Positions 30,852 to 48,179 of a stretch of 64,000 nucleotides of DNA are shown in pieces; position 1 is the first letter of the stretch, and the number at the start of each line of letters is the position of its first letter. The stretch lies in the NCBI RefSeq assembly GCF_009914755.1, contig NC_060930.1; one strand, 5' to 3'. A program made the translations under genes and the position numbers. A model generated the notes under the pieces. That model was not told the origin of the DNA, ran no database searches, and worked only from the letters and a program-made list of their open reading frames with translations. This DNA comes from the human T2T-CHM13v2.0 reference genome, Homo sapiens.

Positions 30852-31175
30852 TTTTTTTTTTTTTTTTTTTTTTTTTTTCAGATAGAGTTTCACTCTTGTT
30901 GCCCAGGCTGGAGTGAGTGGTGTGATCTCGGCTCACCGCAATCTCCGCCTCCCAGGTTCAAGCGATTCTCTGCTTCAGCCTCCCTAGTAGCTGGGATCAC
31001 AGGTGTGCACCACCACGCCCAGCTAATTTTTTTTTTTTTTTTTTTTTTTTGTATTTTTAGTAGAGATGGGGTTGCACCATGTTGGCCAGGCTGGTCTCAA
31101 ACTCCTGACCTCAGGTGATCCACCCTACTCGGCCTCCTAGAGTCCTGGGATTACAGGCGTGAGCCACTATGCCCT
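30852..31175 (-). mobile_element. Alu (S-like, expanded linker T-run)
   Basis: Dimer. Confidence 0.9.
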
Positions 31176-31287
31176 GCCAGAAGTAGAATTCTTATCAACA
31201 TCTTTCTAGGTTGATAATCAGGTAATCCCTAAAGTTAATACCCTAAAATGCAATTTTTTAGTTTTGATGGAAAATTGATTCTATCCC

Positions 31288-31583
31288 TTTTTTTTTTTTT
31301 TTGAGGTGGAGTTTTGCTCTTGTTGCCCAGGCTGGAGAGCAATGGCACGATCTCAGCTCACTGCAACCTCGGCCTCCCGGTTCAAGCGATTCTCCTGCCT
31401 CAGCCTCCTGAGTAGCTGGGATTACAGGCATGTGCCACCACGCCTGGCTAATTTTGTATTTTTAGTAGAGATGGGGTTTCTCCATGTTGGTCAGGCTGTT
31501 CTCAAACCCCCGACCTCAGATGATCCACCCGGCTTGGCCTCCCAAATTGCTGGGATTACAGGCGTGAGCCACCATGCCTGGCC
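31288..31583 (-). mobile_element. Alu (Sp-like)
   Basis: Dimer. Confidence 0.9.
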
Positions 31584-31764
31584 GGTTCTATAACTTCTAT
31601 GATAGAGAATTTTTAAATTATCAAAAAAGCCTGATCTTTCATGTAACACTTTGACCAGTCTTACCCTGTGAGTGTTTTCATCTGCCTTCTCACGCTTTGC
31701 ATCCACAAGTGAAAGTGCTTCTATTTTTCTATGTATTGTACAGTAAAGATTTTAGAGCTTTCTA

Positions 31765-32030
31765 GGCCAGGCATGGTGGCTCGCACCTATAACCCCAGCA
31801 CTTTGGGAGGCCGAGGTGGGCAGATCACTGAGGCCAGGAGTTTGAGACCAGCCTGGCCAACATGGTGAAACCCTGTGTCTACTAAAAATACAAAAATTAG
31901 CCGGGAGTGTTGGCAGGTGCCGTAATCCCAGCTGCTAATAAGGTGGAGGTTGCGGTGAGCTGAGATCGTGCCATTGCACTCCAGCCTGGGTGACAGAGAG
32001 AGACTCTATCTCAAAAATAAAAAAAAAAAA
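31765..32030 (+). mobile_element. Alu (S-like, right-arm deletion)
   Basis: Consensus with a gap after cccagctgcta. Confidence 0.88.
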
Positions 32031-32553
32031 TTTTTTTAGATCCTTCTAATAAGATGAAGCCCACTGTGTCAAAAAAAAATCTAAAGGTTAGGATATGAAG
32101 TCATTCTGACAGATTATGCTGTGGAAGAATATATATCCCTGTTCCTTTCTTCTGAGCCTTACTTTCATGTTAATAGTTTAAACTACATACTATATGCCAA
32201 GAACTTTATATACCTTATCATATTTCATTTTCACAAAATTTTAGGAGGTTGATATTACTCACATTAATTAACAGGCCCAACATCACAATTTCTAGCAAGA
32301 GGAAGAGGTATGCTTTTAATGCAAGTCTGACTCTGAATTCTGTGGCCTAATCTGCAGTCTATGTTGCATCCACATGTTTTAAATGTTCGCTATGAATTCT
32401 CTTGAGCTATTATTTCTATCTCTAATTATGCCATAATTTAAAAATCAGAATACTTGGGCTCGTGTGAAGAGATGGTGTGCCTAGATGTTTCTTCCTGGCT
32501 CAGTGTGAGATATGATTTTGAAAGCACATGATGTGCTTCATTACATTTTTTAA

Positions 32554-33048
<495 letters not shown>

Positions 33049-33099
33049 TAGAAATGACAGTGTACTGAAAGTCTTTTTTTTCCCTCCAATTTTTTACAG

Positions 33100-33191
33100 G
33101 GAAGGTTGGGTGTGGCTCTCCAAGAATACATTTTGGTGGACTCATTGAGGAAGATGATGTGATTCTCCTTGCTGCAGCTCTGCGAATTCAG
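33100..33191 (+). CDS. MTHFD1L: MTHFD1L exon 9 (92 nt): (G)KVGCGSPRIHFGGLIEEDDVILLAAALRIQ
   Basis: ttttacag|GG acceptor; CAG|gtttgt donor; phases 1/0. Confidence 0.96.
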
Positions 33192-33570
33192 GTTTGTTCA
33201 ACATAGCTGTCTGAGAATCTTGAGTTTGGAAGTTTGATTAATAGTTGCTAACATTTTGCAAGTGGTTTCTGTTTACCAGGTACAGTGTTAAACACTTCAC
33301 ACACAGTGTTAGGCCCATTTGATAAGTGAAGAAATGGTGATTTTGAAAAATGAAGTGAGTTGCCTATGATCACATGGCAGTGTGGGGCAGGGACCCATCC
33401 TGGGGACTGTGTATGTTATCTTGTGCTGTGTAATAAATTATCCCAAAATTTAGCAACTGAAGCAACAAGGCATTTATTATCTCACAGTTTCTTCATGTCA
33501 GAGATTTGGTAGTAGATTAGCAGATTAGGTGGTATGTTAGTCCATTCTTGCATTGCTATAAAGAAATACC

Positions 33571-33690
33571 AGCTACTCAGGAGGCTAAAGCAGGAGGATC
33601 GCTTGAACCCAGGAGACAGAGGTTGTGGTGAGCTGAGATTGCACCACTGAACTCCAACCTGGGTGACAGAGGGAGACTGAAAAAAAAAAA
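33571..33690 (+). mobile_element. 5'-truncated Alu inside the MST LTR
   Basis: TSD aaagaaatacc. Confidence 0.88.
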
Positions 33691-33719
33691 AAAGAAATAC
33701 CTGAGACTGGTTAACTTAG

Positions 33720-34047
<328 letters not shown>

Positions 34048-35278
34048 TGGCTCACAGTTCTGCAGGCCTTACAGGAAGCATAACACAGGCATCTGCTTCT
34101 GGAGAGGCCTCACCAAGCTTCCAAGAATGGCAGAAAGTGAAGGGAAAGCAGGCATCTCACAAGGCGGGAACAGGAGCAGAGAGTGAGGGATGGTGCTATA
34201 TACTTTTAAATGACCAGATCTCATGAGAACTCATTCACTATCACAAGGACGCTACCGAGGGAGATGATGCTAAACCATCATGAGAAACTAGCCCCTGTGA
34301 TCCCATCACCCTCCACCAGGCCCCACCTCTAACACTGGGGATTACATTTCAAGATGGGATTTGGGCAGGGACACACATCCAAACTATATCAAATTGTTTA
34401 GGCTCAGGATCTCTCATGCATTTGAAGTGAAGATGTCAGCTGGGGCTGCAGTCATCTGAGGCATTAACTGGGGCTGGAGGATCTGTTTCCAAGATGGCAT
34501 ACTCACATGGCTGTGGGCATGTGTATTTCATTCCTCACTGGCCATCAGCAGGATGCCTTGGTTCCTCATCATGTCCACCTCTCTGTAGGGCTGCTCACAG
34601 TGTGGCAGCTAACTTCCCCCAGTGTGAGCAATCCAAGGGAGGCAACCAGGAGGAGTCTGCAGTGTGGATGACCTGGGCTCTAACCTCATGTGCCGCCACT
34701 TCCTTTTATCCTGTTTGTTAGAAGTAGATCACTAAGTCCAGTTCACATTCAAGAGAAGGAGAATTGTCCTCACTTCTTCAAGACAGGAGTATTAAAGTAT
34801 TTGGAGGCATTTTTTCAAACCACCACCACCTGTGTGACCTAAAGGCGAAGGTCATCAGTGTTCCACCATATAAGCTGAGTGTTCTCATGGTGCTGGAGCC
34901 TGCAGCAGTGGTGGCCTCTGGCAGTGACATTTAGTTCATTTCTTTCTTATGTACAGGGTAATACACAATTGAAACTCTTTACCTCAAAATGGGTCATTAG
35001 ACATTTTTGTAAGGATTATAAGTTACATTTCCATCAAAGCCAAATTTTATTTTTATTTATTTTTATTTCATTTACTTATAATTTATATGCATACATAACA
35101 CTACTCAGTAGTTCAATTTGCTTGCTCTTTTATACCAACTATGGAAGGATGGTATTTGGAAGCTGGGCATCCAAGCTGATCATTCACGCAGTCCTATATT
35201 TTCTTCATTTTTCTTTTCTAAATCGGATGACGAACCTATTCAGTATAAGTTTATCCATGTACATGATGTCTTTTGTGA

Positions 35279-36318
<1,040 letters not shown>

Positions 36319-36723
36319 TGACTTGAAATAACCCTGGATGTACATTTTTAAAAACATTCTCAGATTCATTGCTGTAAGTATGAAGAGCTAATAGTCTGCA
36401 AGGGAACTATAGAATTAAGCTGGATCATCAAGTTCATGCATGCATATTTAAGAAACAGAGCAGCTTCTTTTAATACTATCAAACTCTTCAGTGCGATATT
36501 GAATAGTTGTATATCTAACTAGTGGTTTTCACGTTTTCCTTTTTAAGAAAAACCTACAAACCTAGTTACACGTGAATAAAAATATTCCTAATATCCTCCT
36601 GGCTTATTGTGCGACTCGATAATCTTGTTTTGTAACATCCACAAACAATATTTCCATGGTTTAAGTGTGTGCCCTGTCAGCTTTTACCATTCTAACATGT
36701 TTTCCCCTCTATCCCTGCTGAAG

Positions 36724-36821
36724 AACATGGTCAGTAGTGGAAGGAGATGGCTTCGTGAACAGCAGCACAGGCGGTGGAGACTTCACTGCTTGAAACTTCA
36801 GCCTCTCTCCCCTGTGCCAAG
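36724..36821 (+). CDS. MTHFD1L: MTHFD1L exon 10 (98 nt): NMVSSGRRWLREQQHRRWRLHCLKLQPLSPVP(S), inter-domain linker
   Basis: Less common AAG acceptor (ccctgctgaag|AAC); CAAG|gtaaca donor; phases 0/2. Confidence 0.95.
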
Positions 36822-37126
36822 GTAACACTGGTGTTTTATTTACACTGATGTCAGCTCAGCACAGTGCCTTAGCCCTAGTTAGTCATGGGGGAGAAGCACA
36901 ACTCATGGTACTGTGGTTTTGATGGTAGATAAGTTTCTCTATTCATTAAATTGCCACCCTATTTTCTCTATTGTAAATTCTCCAAAATTAAATCATAATG
37001 AATGTATTACTGTGTTCTGTCAATTCTAAGAAGGCATATTTTTTTATTTCAATGATGTTTTCTATATTAAATGGCAGTTTTTTAATGATGTTTTAAAATT
37101 AATTTATATTAATTTAATTTCAATGA

Positions 37127-37480
<354 letters not shown>

Positions 37481-38028
37481 TAGTGGTCCATGAAGTAATG
37501 GTTTTAAATTTGACAAAATATGGTAATGTAATATTTGGAATATGCTTTTCAATGTCAGAAATGCCCAACACGTATATATCCGCCTGGTGTTAAGGGCCAT
37601 ATAGGTTTCTACTCTGGGGATAAAGGACCGTCCAAACCAAACATTATTCCACGTGGGAACTGAGCTCAGCTTTCTTCAGAACGATCTGATAGAATAGTCT
37701 GTGCTCGTCAAGGTGGATATTTTCCTCAGAGTGCTCTCTGATGAGGTCTGAGCTACATATTCTATCTATAAATTTGGAAATATAAACTGTAGGTCATAGT
37801 CTCAGCTTGTGGTTTAGAATGATTGGGTAGGGATGATGTCTGAATCAGACAGCTGCATTTTCCAGCCTGATGATGAGTCATCTGTGTCTGTCCCACTCCA
37901 AGGAATTGGCCCCACCCCCATTATCCAGGTGTGCATAATACTAGGTGTGCATCCCCAGGTAATCTCATCCAGCAACGTTGGAATGCACACAGTGCCGAGG
38001 AGATAAAATCCCTCTAGTAACTGACACT

Positions 38029-38029
<1 letters not shown>

Positions 38030-38067
<38 letters not shown>

Positions 38068-38198
38068 TTTTTTCTTTTTTTTTTTTTTTTTTTTGAGACA
38101 GAGTCTTGCTCTGGTCTTGAACTCTTGACCTCAGGTGTTCCACCTGCCTCGGCCTACCAAAGTGCTGGGATTACAAGCATGAGCCACCGCACCGGGGC
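38030..38198 (-). mobile_element. Alu with large internal deletion and (TTTA)n tail
   Basis: gagtcttgctct joined directly to ggtcttgaactc. Confidence 0.85.
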
Positions 38199-38749
38199 TG
38201 ACTCATTTTTTACCTGATAACCAGTTGCTTTATAGAATTGAACTCCATTTCCTTGGACAGTCAGATGAACACCCTGGTTCAGTTCTACCCACTAGGAGGG
38301 TGTGACCCTCCTGGACATGTTTTCATCCCTGCAATAGACGAAACATCTCAGTTATGCTCTCTGTTCATTAATTATATAAGTTGCAATGAGGAATGTTATT
38401 CTTTGTAATATCATCCCTGGGCTTGTGCAATCTGTTTCATAAAATATCTTATTTTAGAGTTATTTTTGTTGTTATAAGACCTTAGATTTTAAAAGTAAAT
38501 CAATAATTTCTACTTACAAAGTGCTAAAAAAGATTAAGATAGATTCCACCAAATTGTGTACCAAAGTTTCAAAGTAAATTCTTCTTGTTAAATAATTAAA
38601 TCCTTTTCTCCCCCAAGAAGAATTTACTTTGAAATCATTGATTTCTAGACCCACTGGGCAAAGAGAAGCAGGCTGAGTAGTTTATAAATCACCCCAAAAA
38701 TCGGATGGTGTCTCTGTGACTAGCTAGTAAAGAGAAAACCTTACAGGTG

Positions 38750-39303
<554 letters not shown>

Positions 39304-40651
39304 TGCCAAAAGCTTACACATTGTTCAAGATTAAGCTCTTCAATTTAGGAGATTGTGGGAAGAGAGAGACAGAAAAAAACTGTGGCCAGGAAGGCAAAAC
39401 AAAGTAGGAGGCTAGAAAGGAAAGGTCGGATAGGTGGAGGCCTGGAAAGGAATACTCAGCGGTACTTGAGGGGGGTAACCTGAACTCCTAGTTTCTCTGG
39501 TGCCCTTTGGAGAAGTCTGGGTGGAGGTGTGTTTGCTGTTGCCTCTTACCCCCGGGTCAGGCCCCTACAGGATCCTGGAGGAGAGTCTAGGGTGGTCTGA
39601 ACACTGAGGGTAGATTACCTGCAGTAGCTACAGAAACAGTCAGGGCCAAGGGGCTGACTAAAGTCCACTGAGGGGGTTGATCTGCCCACCGCAAGGAGGC
39701 AGACCACAACAAAAATAAGTGTTCTGGGGTGAGTGAAGGAATAGCTGTCCTCTCTGATGCAACCTTTAAGGGTAGTCCCCCGCCGCGTGGTCTCCCGGGG
39801 TTAGTCTTGCTGCTGGGGGAACAGGTGTGCCTTCCATCTCTCACTCTCAGACACATGAAGGGCCTGACTGCCCAGCAAAGAAATGACTGAGCACATGAGC
39901 CCCAGAGGAAAGAGTCCAGCATTACACATGCTGGTATCCAGACCACTCCTGTAAGACGAGCAGTGGTGGCCAGTAAAATAGAAGAGTTCAGTTACGTGCC
40001 CAATGACTCTCTGGAGTTCCTACAATTTCCTGTCTGAACTTGGGCTCAGGGCACTAGGTCCTTTTACCGACAGTTATGTAATTAATAAAACATTTTGAAA
40101 TATGATTTTAGACTGTAAATAGAGAGGGGGAAGTGTGGACACAGATAAAACGAAATAGCATTTCCACATTTTTTCTTTTTTTTTGTACTTAATCTCTAAT
40201 GTGATAGTAATGTTCACATTTTTGAATAGCCAAGAGAAACATGTGGCCAGCCCGATCGGAGATTATTATGCAATGACCCTCTATTCATCGCTAATGAATA
40301 CCATGATGGCCCATACAGAGCATTTTGCTCTGTAGTCGAATCACACTTGCAGGAGGGTTTTGGACACATTATAATATGCTGTTCTTGTCTCTATGCCATA
40401 GGTGTTATACTTCCACCTGGACACAATTCTAGGATCTTTGTGAGTTTTTTGGAGTTGCATTTCTAAAATGATACACCATTTTCTCATACACGTTAATTAT
40501 TAGCAGTTGTGCTTATTACTGCCTGGGAGAAAGGACCCCAAAGTAATTGCATTGATTTCATCGTTGGCGTGATGTGTGGCTGTTTTCACTCCAGTTGTGA
40601 CCACCTAAGCTGAGAAGCCTTTTCTCTCTTTCGTATTGTCTTTCCCCTCAG

Positions 40652-40825
40652 TGACATTGAGATTTCAAGAGGACAAACTCCAAAAGCTGTGGATGTCCTT
40701 GCCAAGGAGATTGGATTGCTTGCAGATGAAATTGAAATCTATGGCAAAAGCAAAGCCAAAGTACGTTTGTCCGTGCTAGAAAGGTTAAAGGATCAAGCAG
40801 ATGGAAAATACGTCTTAGTTGCTGG
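40652..40825 (+). CDS. MTHFD1L: MTHFD1L exon 11 (174 nt): (S)[57 protein letters not shown](G)
   Basis: tttcccctcag|T acceptor; GG|gtaaga donor; FTHFS N-terminal motifs SDIEI, YGKxKAK, GKYVLV. Confidence 0.97.
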
Positions 40826-41922
40826 GTAAGACGCCATCTAACATCTACTTGATCAAGCAGACATATTTACAAAACTCTTCCCTATTTATCTCTCTCCTCG
40901 TACCCCTCAATCCATCCTATTCTCACATTTGACATTTCGTCCATTTCATTTGGCATTTCTTTATTTGGTGTGAGATAAGTTTTTATTTTCAGTGCAGAGC
41001 AAACTAGTCGACTCTACACAAGATAAAGTCAAACAAGTTGCAGTGCTTTATCTTTTGTTTCTCATATTATGTTGTTATTACCCCTGCCCCTCCTTGACTT
41101 TTTGAATTTCATTTTTCATTATAAAAATCAAAATAGGAATTGAAAGTAAACTATTTTGAACTGAGCAGTTTGTTTTGTGCGTTCTACTTGAAATATTTTC
41201 GTGGAAAAGGTACAGATAATCATATGAAACATGTTTTCCTGTTAATATCCTTGATCTTACCTACATATTCACATTTCAAAAGCTCATTATTTCCCTTTTT
41301 CTGCATTTCAAAACTAATGTTGGGCCATTTTCATTTGTGTTGGTTATTTTATAAAAGACAAATTCATAGTTTTTGTGAAAAGGAGTGTTTGCCTTTTTCC
41401 CCTTCTTTTTAAAAAAAGAAGCACATTCACTAGCTGAAAAGATGATAGAAAGCAAGGGATTTCAAATATTTATTCAGTGTGACCTGAGGGAACATCATGA
41501 GACCATATAAATTCCTTTGCTGCCTTGAAATTTCATTTCAGTGACTATTGCTTATGATGTATACAAAGCTTCAGGCACAAAACCTATTTGTCAGGCAGAG
41601 ACATTTCTTGTAATTGGAATTGACTCCTAGGTAACTTTGTTTTTACGTATTTAATTATTAATGTAAGTGCTTTTTTCTTTATTTCTTTTTCTGGTTATAA
41701 AAAGAATGTAGTTTCATTGTAGAAATATTCTAAAAATTCAGAAAACAGAAGTGAAAAAGTAAAACATCCCAAACCCAAGCACTCAGAGGAAACAACTGTT
41801 GACCTGCGAGGACTGTTTTGACGCTGATAGAGTCTCTCAGCCATGAGGTCACACTCACATGCTATTGTGTAAGCAACCTGATTATTCAAGCATATGTGGC
41901 ATACTGAGCTCCATGTGAGTGA

Positions 41923-42333
<411 letters not shown>

Positions 42334-42684
42334 TAGCAAAATGCCCAGGATGAGGGTGGAGATCCCATCTTACACATCTTCTGGCACCTCTAGTTCCATC
42401 AATAAGTGCTACCCTGGTAGTTCTGAGTGTTTCTAATTGTCCAAGTGCACTGATGCAGAAAAATAATTTGAACATAGAATAGGGATGTTCCACAACTTAC
42501 TTGACCAATTTTCTATTGATGGGCAATCAAAGTGTTCCCAATTTTTGCCATTTTAAACTGCTAGAATTAACAACCTTGGGCATGTGGATTTGTGCATCTG
42601 TTTAATTATCTCCTTAGGAAAAATCCCCGGAAGTGAGTTCAATTATTTATAACCACAAATAAAGCAAAAATATTATCCAAAACA

Positions 42685-42988
42685 GGCCAAGCGCGGTGGC
42701 TCACACCTGTAATCCCAGCTCTTTGGGAGGCCGAGGCAGGTGGATCACAAGGTCAGGAGATCGAGACCATCCTGGCTAACATGGTGAAACCCCGTCTCTA
42801 CTAAAAATACCAAAAAATTAGCCAGGCGTGGTGGCAGGCACCTGTAGTCCCAGCTACTCAGGAGGCTGAGGCAGGAGAATGGCGTGAACCTGGGAGGCGG
42901 AGCTTGCGGTGAGCCAAGATCGCGCCACTGCACTCCAGCCTAGGTGACAGAGCAAGACTGTCTCAAAAAAAAAAAAAAAAAAAAAAAA
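42685..42988 (+). mobile_element. Alu (Y-like)
   Basis: Dimer with long poly(A). Confidence 0.92.
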
Positions 42989-43084
42989 TCACCTCTTTAA
43001 TGATATAGTGATTTCTTCAAATCCTTTTTCCCTCCTCCTGTCCCACTTTCCTGTCCTCCTCTTTCTCCTTCTCTTTGTGTAGCT

Positions 43085-43378
<294 letters not shown>

Positions 43379-44653
43379 TAGCTTTTTTGTAAGAGGGACA
43401 GACAGCCAGGGCCTCTCTGAATCCCTCAGCAGTTGGCATTGTAAGGAATTCATCCTTTGCTCCACACCTTGGTTGCCTGTGGCTTCACCCTTCTCCCGCA
43501 GGCTTCCAGGCTCACTGCAGTTAGATTCCTGAGCCCCTTTCCAACCTAGAACCCCAAACTTAATGTCCCCATAATCGAGTGTGGGAAAGTTCCTGGCTGA
43601 GGGGAGGGGTTGGCTCCACCTGCAGGCACCCTCTGGGCCCACACCCTGCAAGGAGCTGCCTCTGGTTAGATTGGCTCCGGGGTCTCTGAGTTTAGGGCAC
43701 AGTTTAGTCAGGGTTGTTTTATGGCAGTATGCTTGATGCATATTTGTCTGCAATTAATAAACAAACTCTTGGCCATTAAGACCTTGAAAAAGCATTTGAT
43801 TTGTGAAATTGGTTCCTTTCTTCCAGGCTTCAGATGATCTTGGTAGGTGGGTTTGCAGGCTTTCTCACCCTGTTCAGATAGGAACACTTAAGGAAAACTT
43901 GGTAGGATGTGTTGTCTGTTTATGAAGGAAGAATCCTGCAGCAGATTTTCTTATCCAGTCCCTGTGCTTTACTCCATTTTGGGCTTGTCAATAAAATCAG
44001 AAATCCAGATATGGATGGCTCTGACCTTAGCTTGGAACACAAAACTGATACTTCTAAAACAAAGCTGTGATGATACTGTTTTCAGGTTCCTTACTTGTAA
44101 ACAAAGCTGGGCCTCCAGCCTCATGCTGGAGAATGCTAGCTAGCACGACTGCCTGGGGTTACAGCCAATGCAGTCCATGGCCAGTAGAACATTTCTCCAC
44201 GCTGGCTTTTTGCTAGCATTAATATGTATAATCAAGCTGAAATTGGCCTGCCATGTTGTAAATAGAAAAGAAGACTAAAGATGAATTTTCAAGAACAGAT
44301 TAAACACCAAGGGATCAACAATTCTTTTTCTGAAATTCTAAGTTTCTTTACCTAACAAAGACCTTTGAAGGAACAAAAATTAAATGGCCTGTCTCTTTTT
44401 TAACTGTAGTGGAAAAAAATAACCGTGCTGGTAAGATTATGATATATGTATGCATTTGTGGCACAGCTTGAAGATTTTTAGGAAATAGCCACACTGGATT
44501 CTATAAGGGAAGAATGAACAGCCCCTTCTCCCCAACACAACAAATGATATATTTTTTAGGGCTGTAAACTGTCATCAGTATCTAATCCCTTAATAGCTGA
44601 ATATTGATATCAGTTTAGATCACAGGCAACTATTTTATCGATAGCCTAAAGTG

Positions 44654-44790
44654 GGCCTGGCATGACGGGTTGTGCCTATAACCCAATTACTCTGGAGACT
44701 GAGGTGGGTGGATCACTTGAGGCCAGGAGTTCAAGACCAGCCTGAGCTGCATAGCAAGACCCCATCTTTAAAAAATACAAACAAACAGCA
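44654..44790 (+). mobile_element. FLAM/Alu left monomer
   Basis: Monomer consensus. Confidence 0.8.
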
Positions 44791-46408
44791 AAAAGCAGCA
44801 CTGGTTTAAAGCAACATTTGTAATCTAAAGTGAAAAGTCAATTTGAAATAAAAATCATCTTCATATTTTTACATTTGACCAGGTCAAGCGTTAGGGGGAA
44901 ATGACTGTTATCAAACCATTATATGCACTGTTGCAACTTCTTTAAAAATATAAATGACCCCTCCATTAAATGGAGAATTATTTCCTTTTTCTAAAAGTCT
45001 TTTCTAATTCTGAAAATAATATTAGCTTATTGTAAAAAATTTAACATAAAGTAAAAAGGAGATAACTAGGTCTCTCATAACTCAATATTTTATTTATATA
45101 TTCATCTTTTTACACATTGAGATCATGCTATAAATATCATTTTTGTCCTGCCTTTTTCTCTGAACACTGTAACATAAATCTTTTTCCATGCTTTAGAAGA
45201 ATTCAAATACCCAAGTAATTTTTAAATAATACTAAATAACAATATATTTGTTATTACATATTTTAATTTATATAGAAATGTGATTTAAATATATCAGCAA
45301 TGGGATTAAAATATAAAACAATGAGATTTTTTAAAATCTTCTATTATTAATAACTCAAATGCAGAACAGATTAATTCTTTTAAAAAGCCATTCTTCAAAC
45401 TTTAGGATTTCTTATTCAGTCAGAATCATCTGCATTTCATCAACTACATATCGCATGGTATTTACACCTACACATCACTTTATTTGCTTTGCCTGACAAA
45501 ATGAAAAGTATTGGGAATTGTTCAGGGAAATATGCCAAAAGAATCTTAGGGACTCATGAGTTTTACATATTTTCCCAGTTACACTAATGAAAAGGAATTT
45601 TGTTTGAGAACTTGACTTGGAGTGCAGCTGCAGGGCATTTGAATCTCAGTCTCCATCAGGCCTGCACCCATTTCTGTGCAGAAGTTTCTAGAATTTCCCT
45701 GAATTGGTTGGACAGAGCAGCTAAAAAAGCAGCCCAAACTGATCTGGGAATAGACTGAATTTCACATTAAAGAAAAATTTGAATCATTCACATCATTTCA
45801 TCTTTTTTTTTTTTTTTTTTCTGCAGAGGGCCAAATACCCGATTGGATTTTTTAAAAATGTTTCAACCCTTTATTTCGGTACAATGTTAAAATAATCTGA
45901 CTTTTCTATGATTTGGCTTTTCTGCCTTGAGTAACTATTTAAATATCTGTGTGATTTTCTTTTATTTGTGCTACTTCTAGAACAAAACAGAGGTATTTAG
46001 AAGAAACCACTTCCCACAGGGCCTTTGAACCGTTTACCTAAGTCAAGTGTAATGAGAAACATAACCAAATGCACCGTGGGGTTTATTGTTAGATAATAAA
46101 AGGCTTAAAAAGCCCCTAGACCCTAAAGATGCCTGGGATGGATGATTTATGTTCATATGCTACTTGAGCATGTAGTTTTGGAGTGCATGGTGAGGCCCAT
46201 GGCTAATGGCAGTGGTGCTATTCAACAAGATTCTGGGTCTTTAGAATAGTTCAAAGTTTTACCACTTCTCTCTGGATAAGCCATCTTTTTGACCTTTGAG
46301 TAAATTATAAACTTCTTTTCAGATTGTGTCCAAATGGTCACAGGTACTTTGACAATTTTTACTGTAACTGCCAATAAATAATACTCATCTTAAAAAAGAC
46401 ATCATTCT

Positions 46409-46732
<324 letters not shown>

Positions 46733-47022
46733 TCAACCCTTTTTTGCTGTTCTGTGCCCTGAACAGGTGATGTGATAGTGGTGCAAAGAGGGTGAGCATT
46801 GTCCTTTACCTCAACAAGTGTGTGGCCTGGTAGGCGAGACAGGCATGTCAGAATGCTTATCATGAAGCCATCTGAAAAATTCTAGAATAATCATATAATC
46901 AATGCTCTAGATATCAGAGAGGGGGTACAGAAATCTGCCGGGAGAAGTGGAGGAATGTAATGAACAAAAATCACAGTTCCATCTCTATGAACTCTAAGCT
47001 CCCATAGAAAAAGAAATTAGAG

Positions 47023-47490
<468 letters not shown>

Positions 47491-48179
47491 GGTGCTCATT
47501 CTTTCGTATATCCCCGTTGATGATTTGGAATCTGAGCTAAAGATACTGGGGGGAAAACTAAACCAAATTTTGATACCAAATACAGGAAGGAGGTGAAATA
47601 AGCTTTTTTATTGTAGCTCTCCTTTTATTGCTCACAATAAATACTTCCTACTTTGTGATTTTCCCGAACTGTATTAGTTGGCAGAAAGCTGAGCAGTCCT
47701 GTGTTTCTAATTAAGAATTGGATGGTTAGCTGGAGTTTTGAGGAGGTCATCTCTGGGCGTGTCTGCTTTTGGCTTTCTTGGGCAGCTATGCTAGCATATC
47801 TTTGGGAATGAAAATGTAATCCTTCATGTGACACAGTTTAGGTAAACCACTTAGTCCTTTGCAAACACCAAATGCTCAGTGCGGTACTTAAATGACACCA
47901 TATTTGATGCCACAGTTTCTTTACAGGCTCTTCTAAGATTGTAATGCCTGTGGGCTTTTAACTGCCCTTATTGATGTTGTATCCAAGAAAACAGAAAGTT
48001 GACTCCAAGCAGAAGTATTAATATCTTTGTATAACTTTCAGTCTTCACGTTGACCCCACTGCAAATCTGCTGTTTAGACAGATGCAGAGGTGACTGATAA
48101 GCCGGGGTCATGTGGCTTCAGGAGTCTTAGGTTTCTCCATGCAGCGGTGTCAGGATAGGCTCACCAGCTCCTGGCCACA

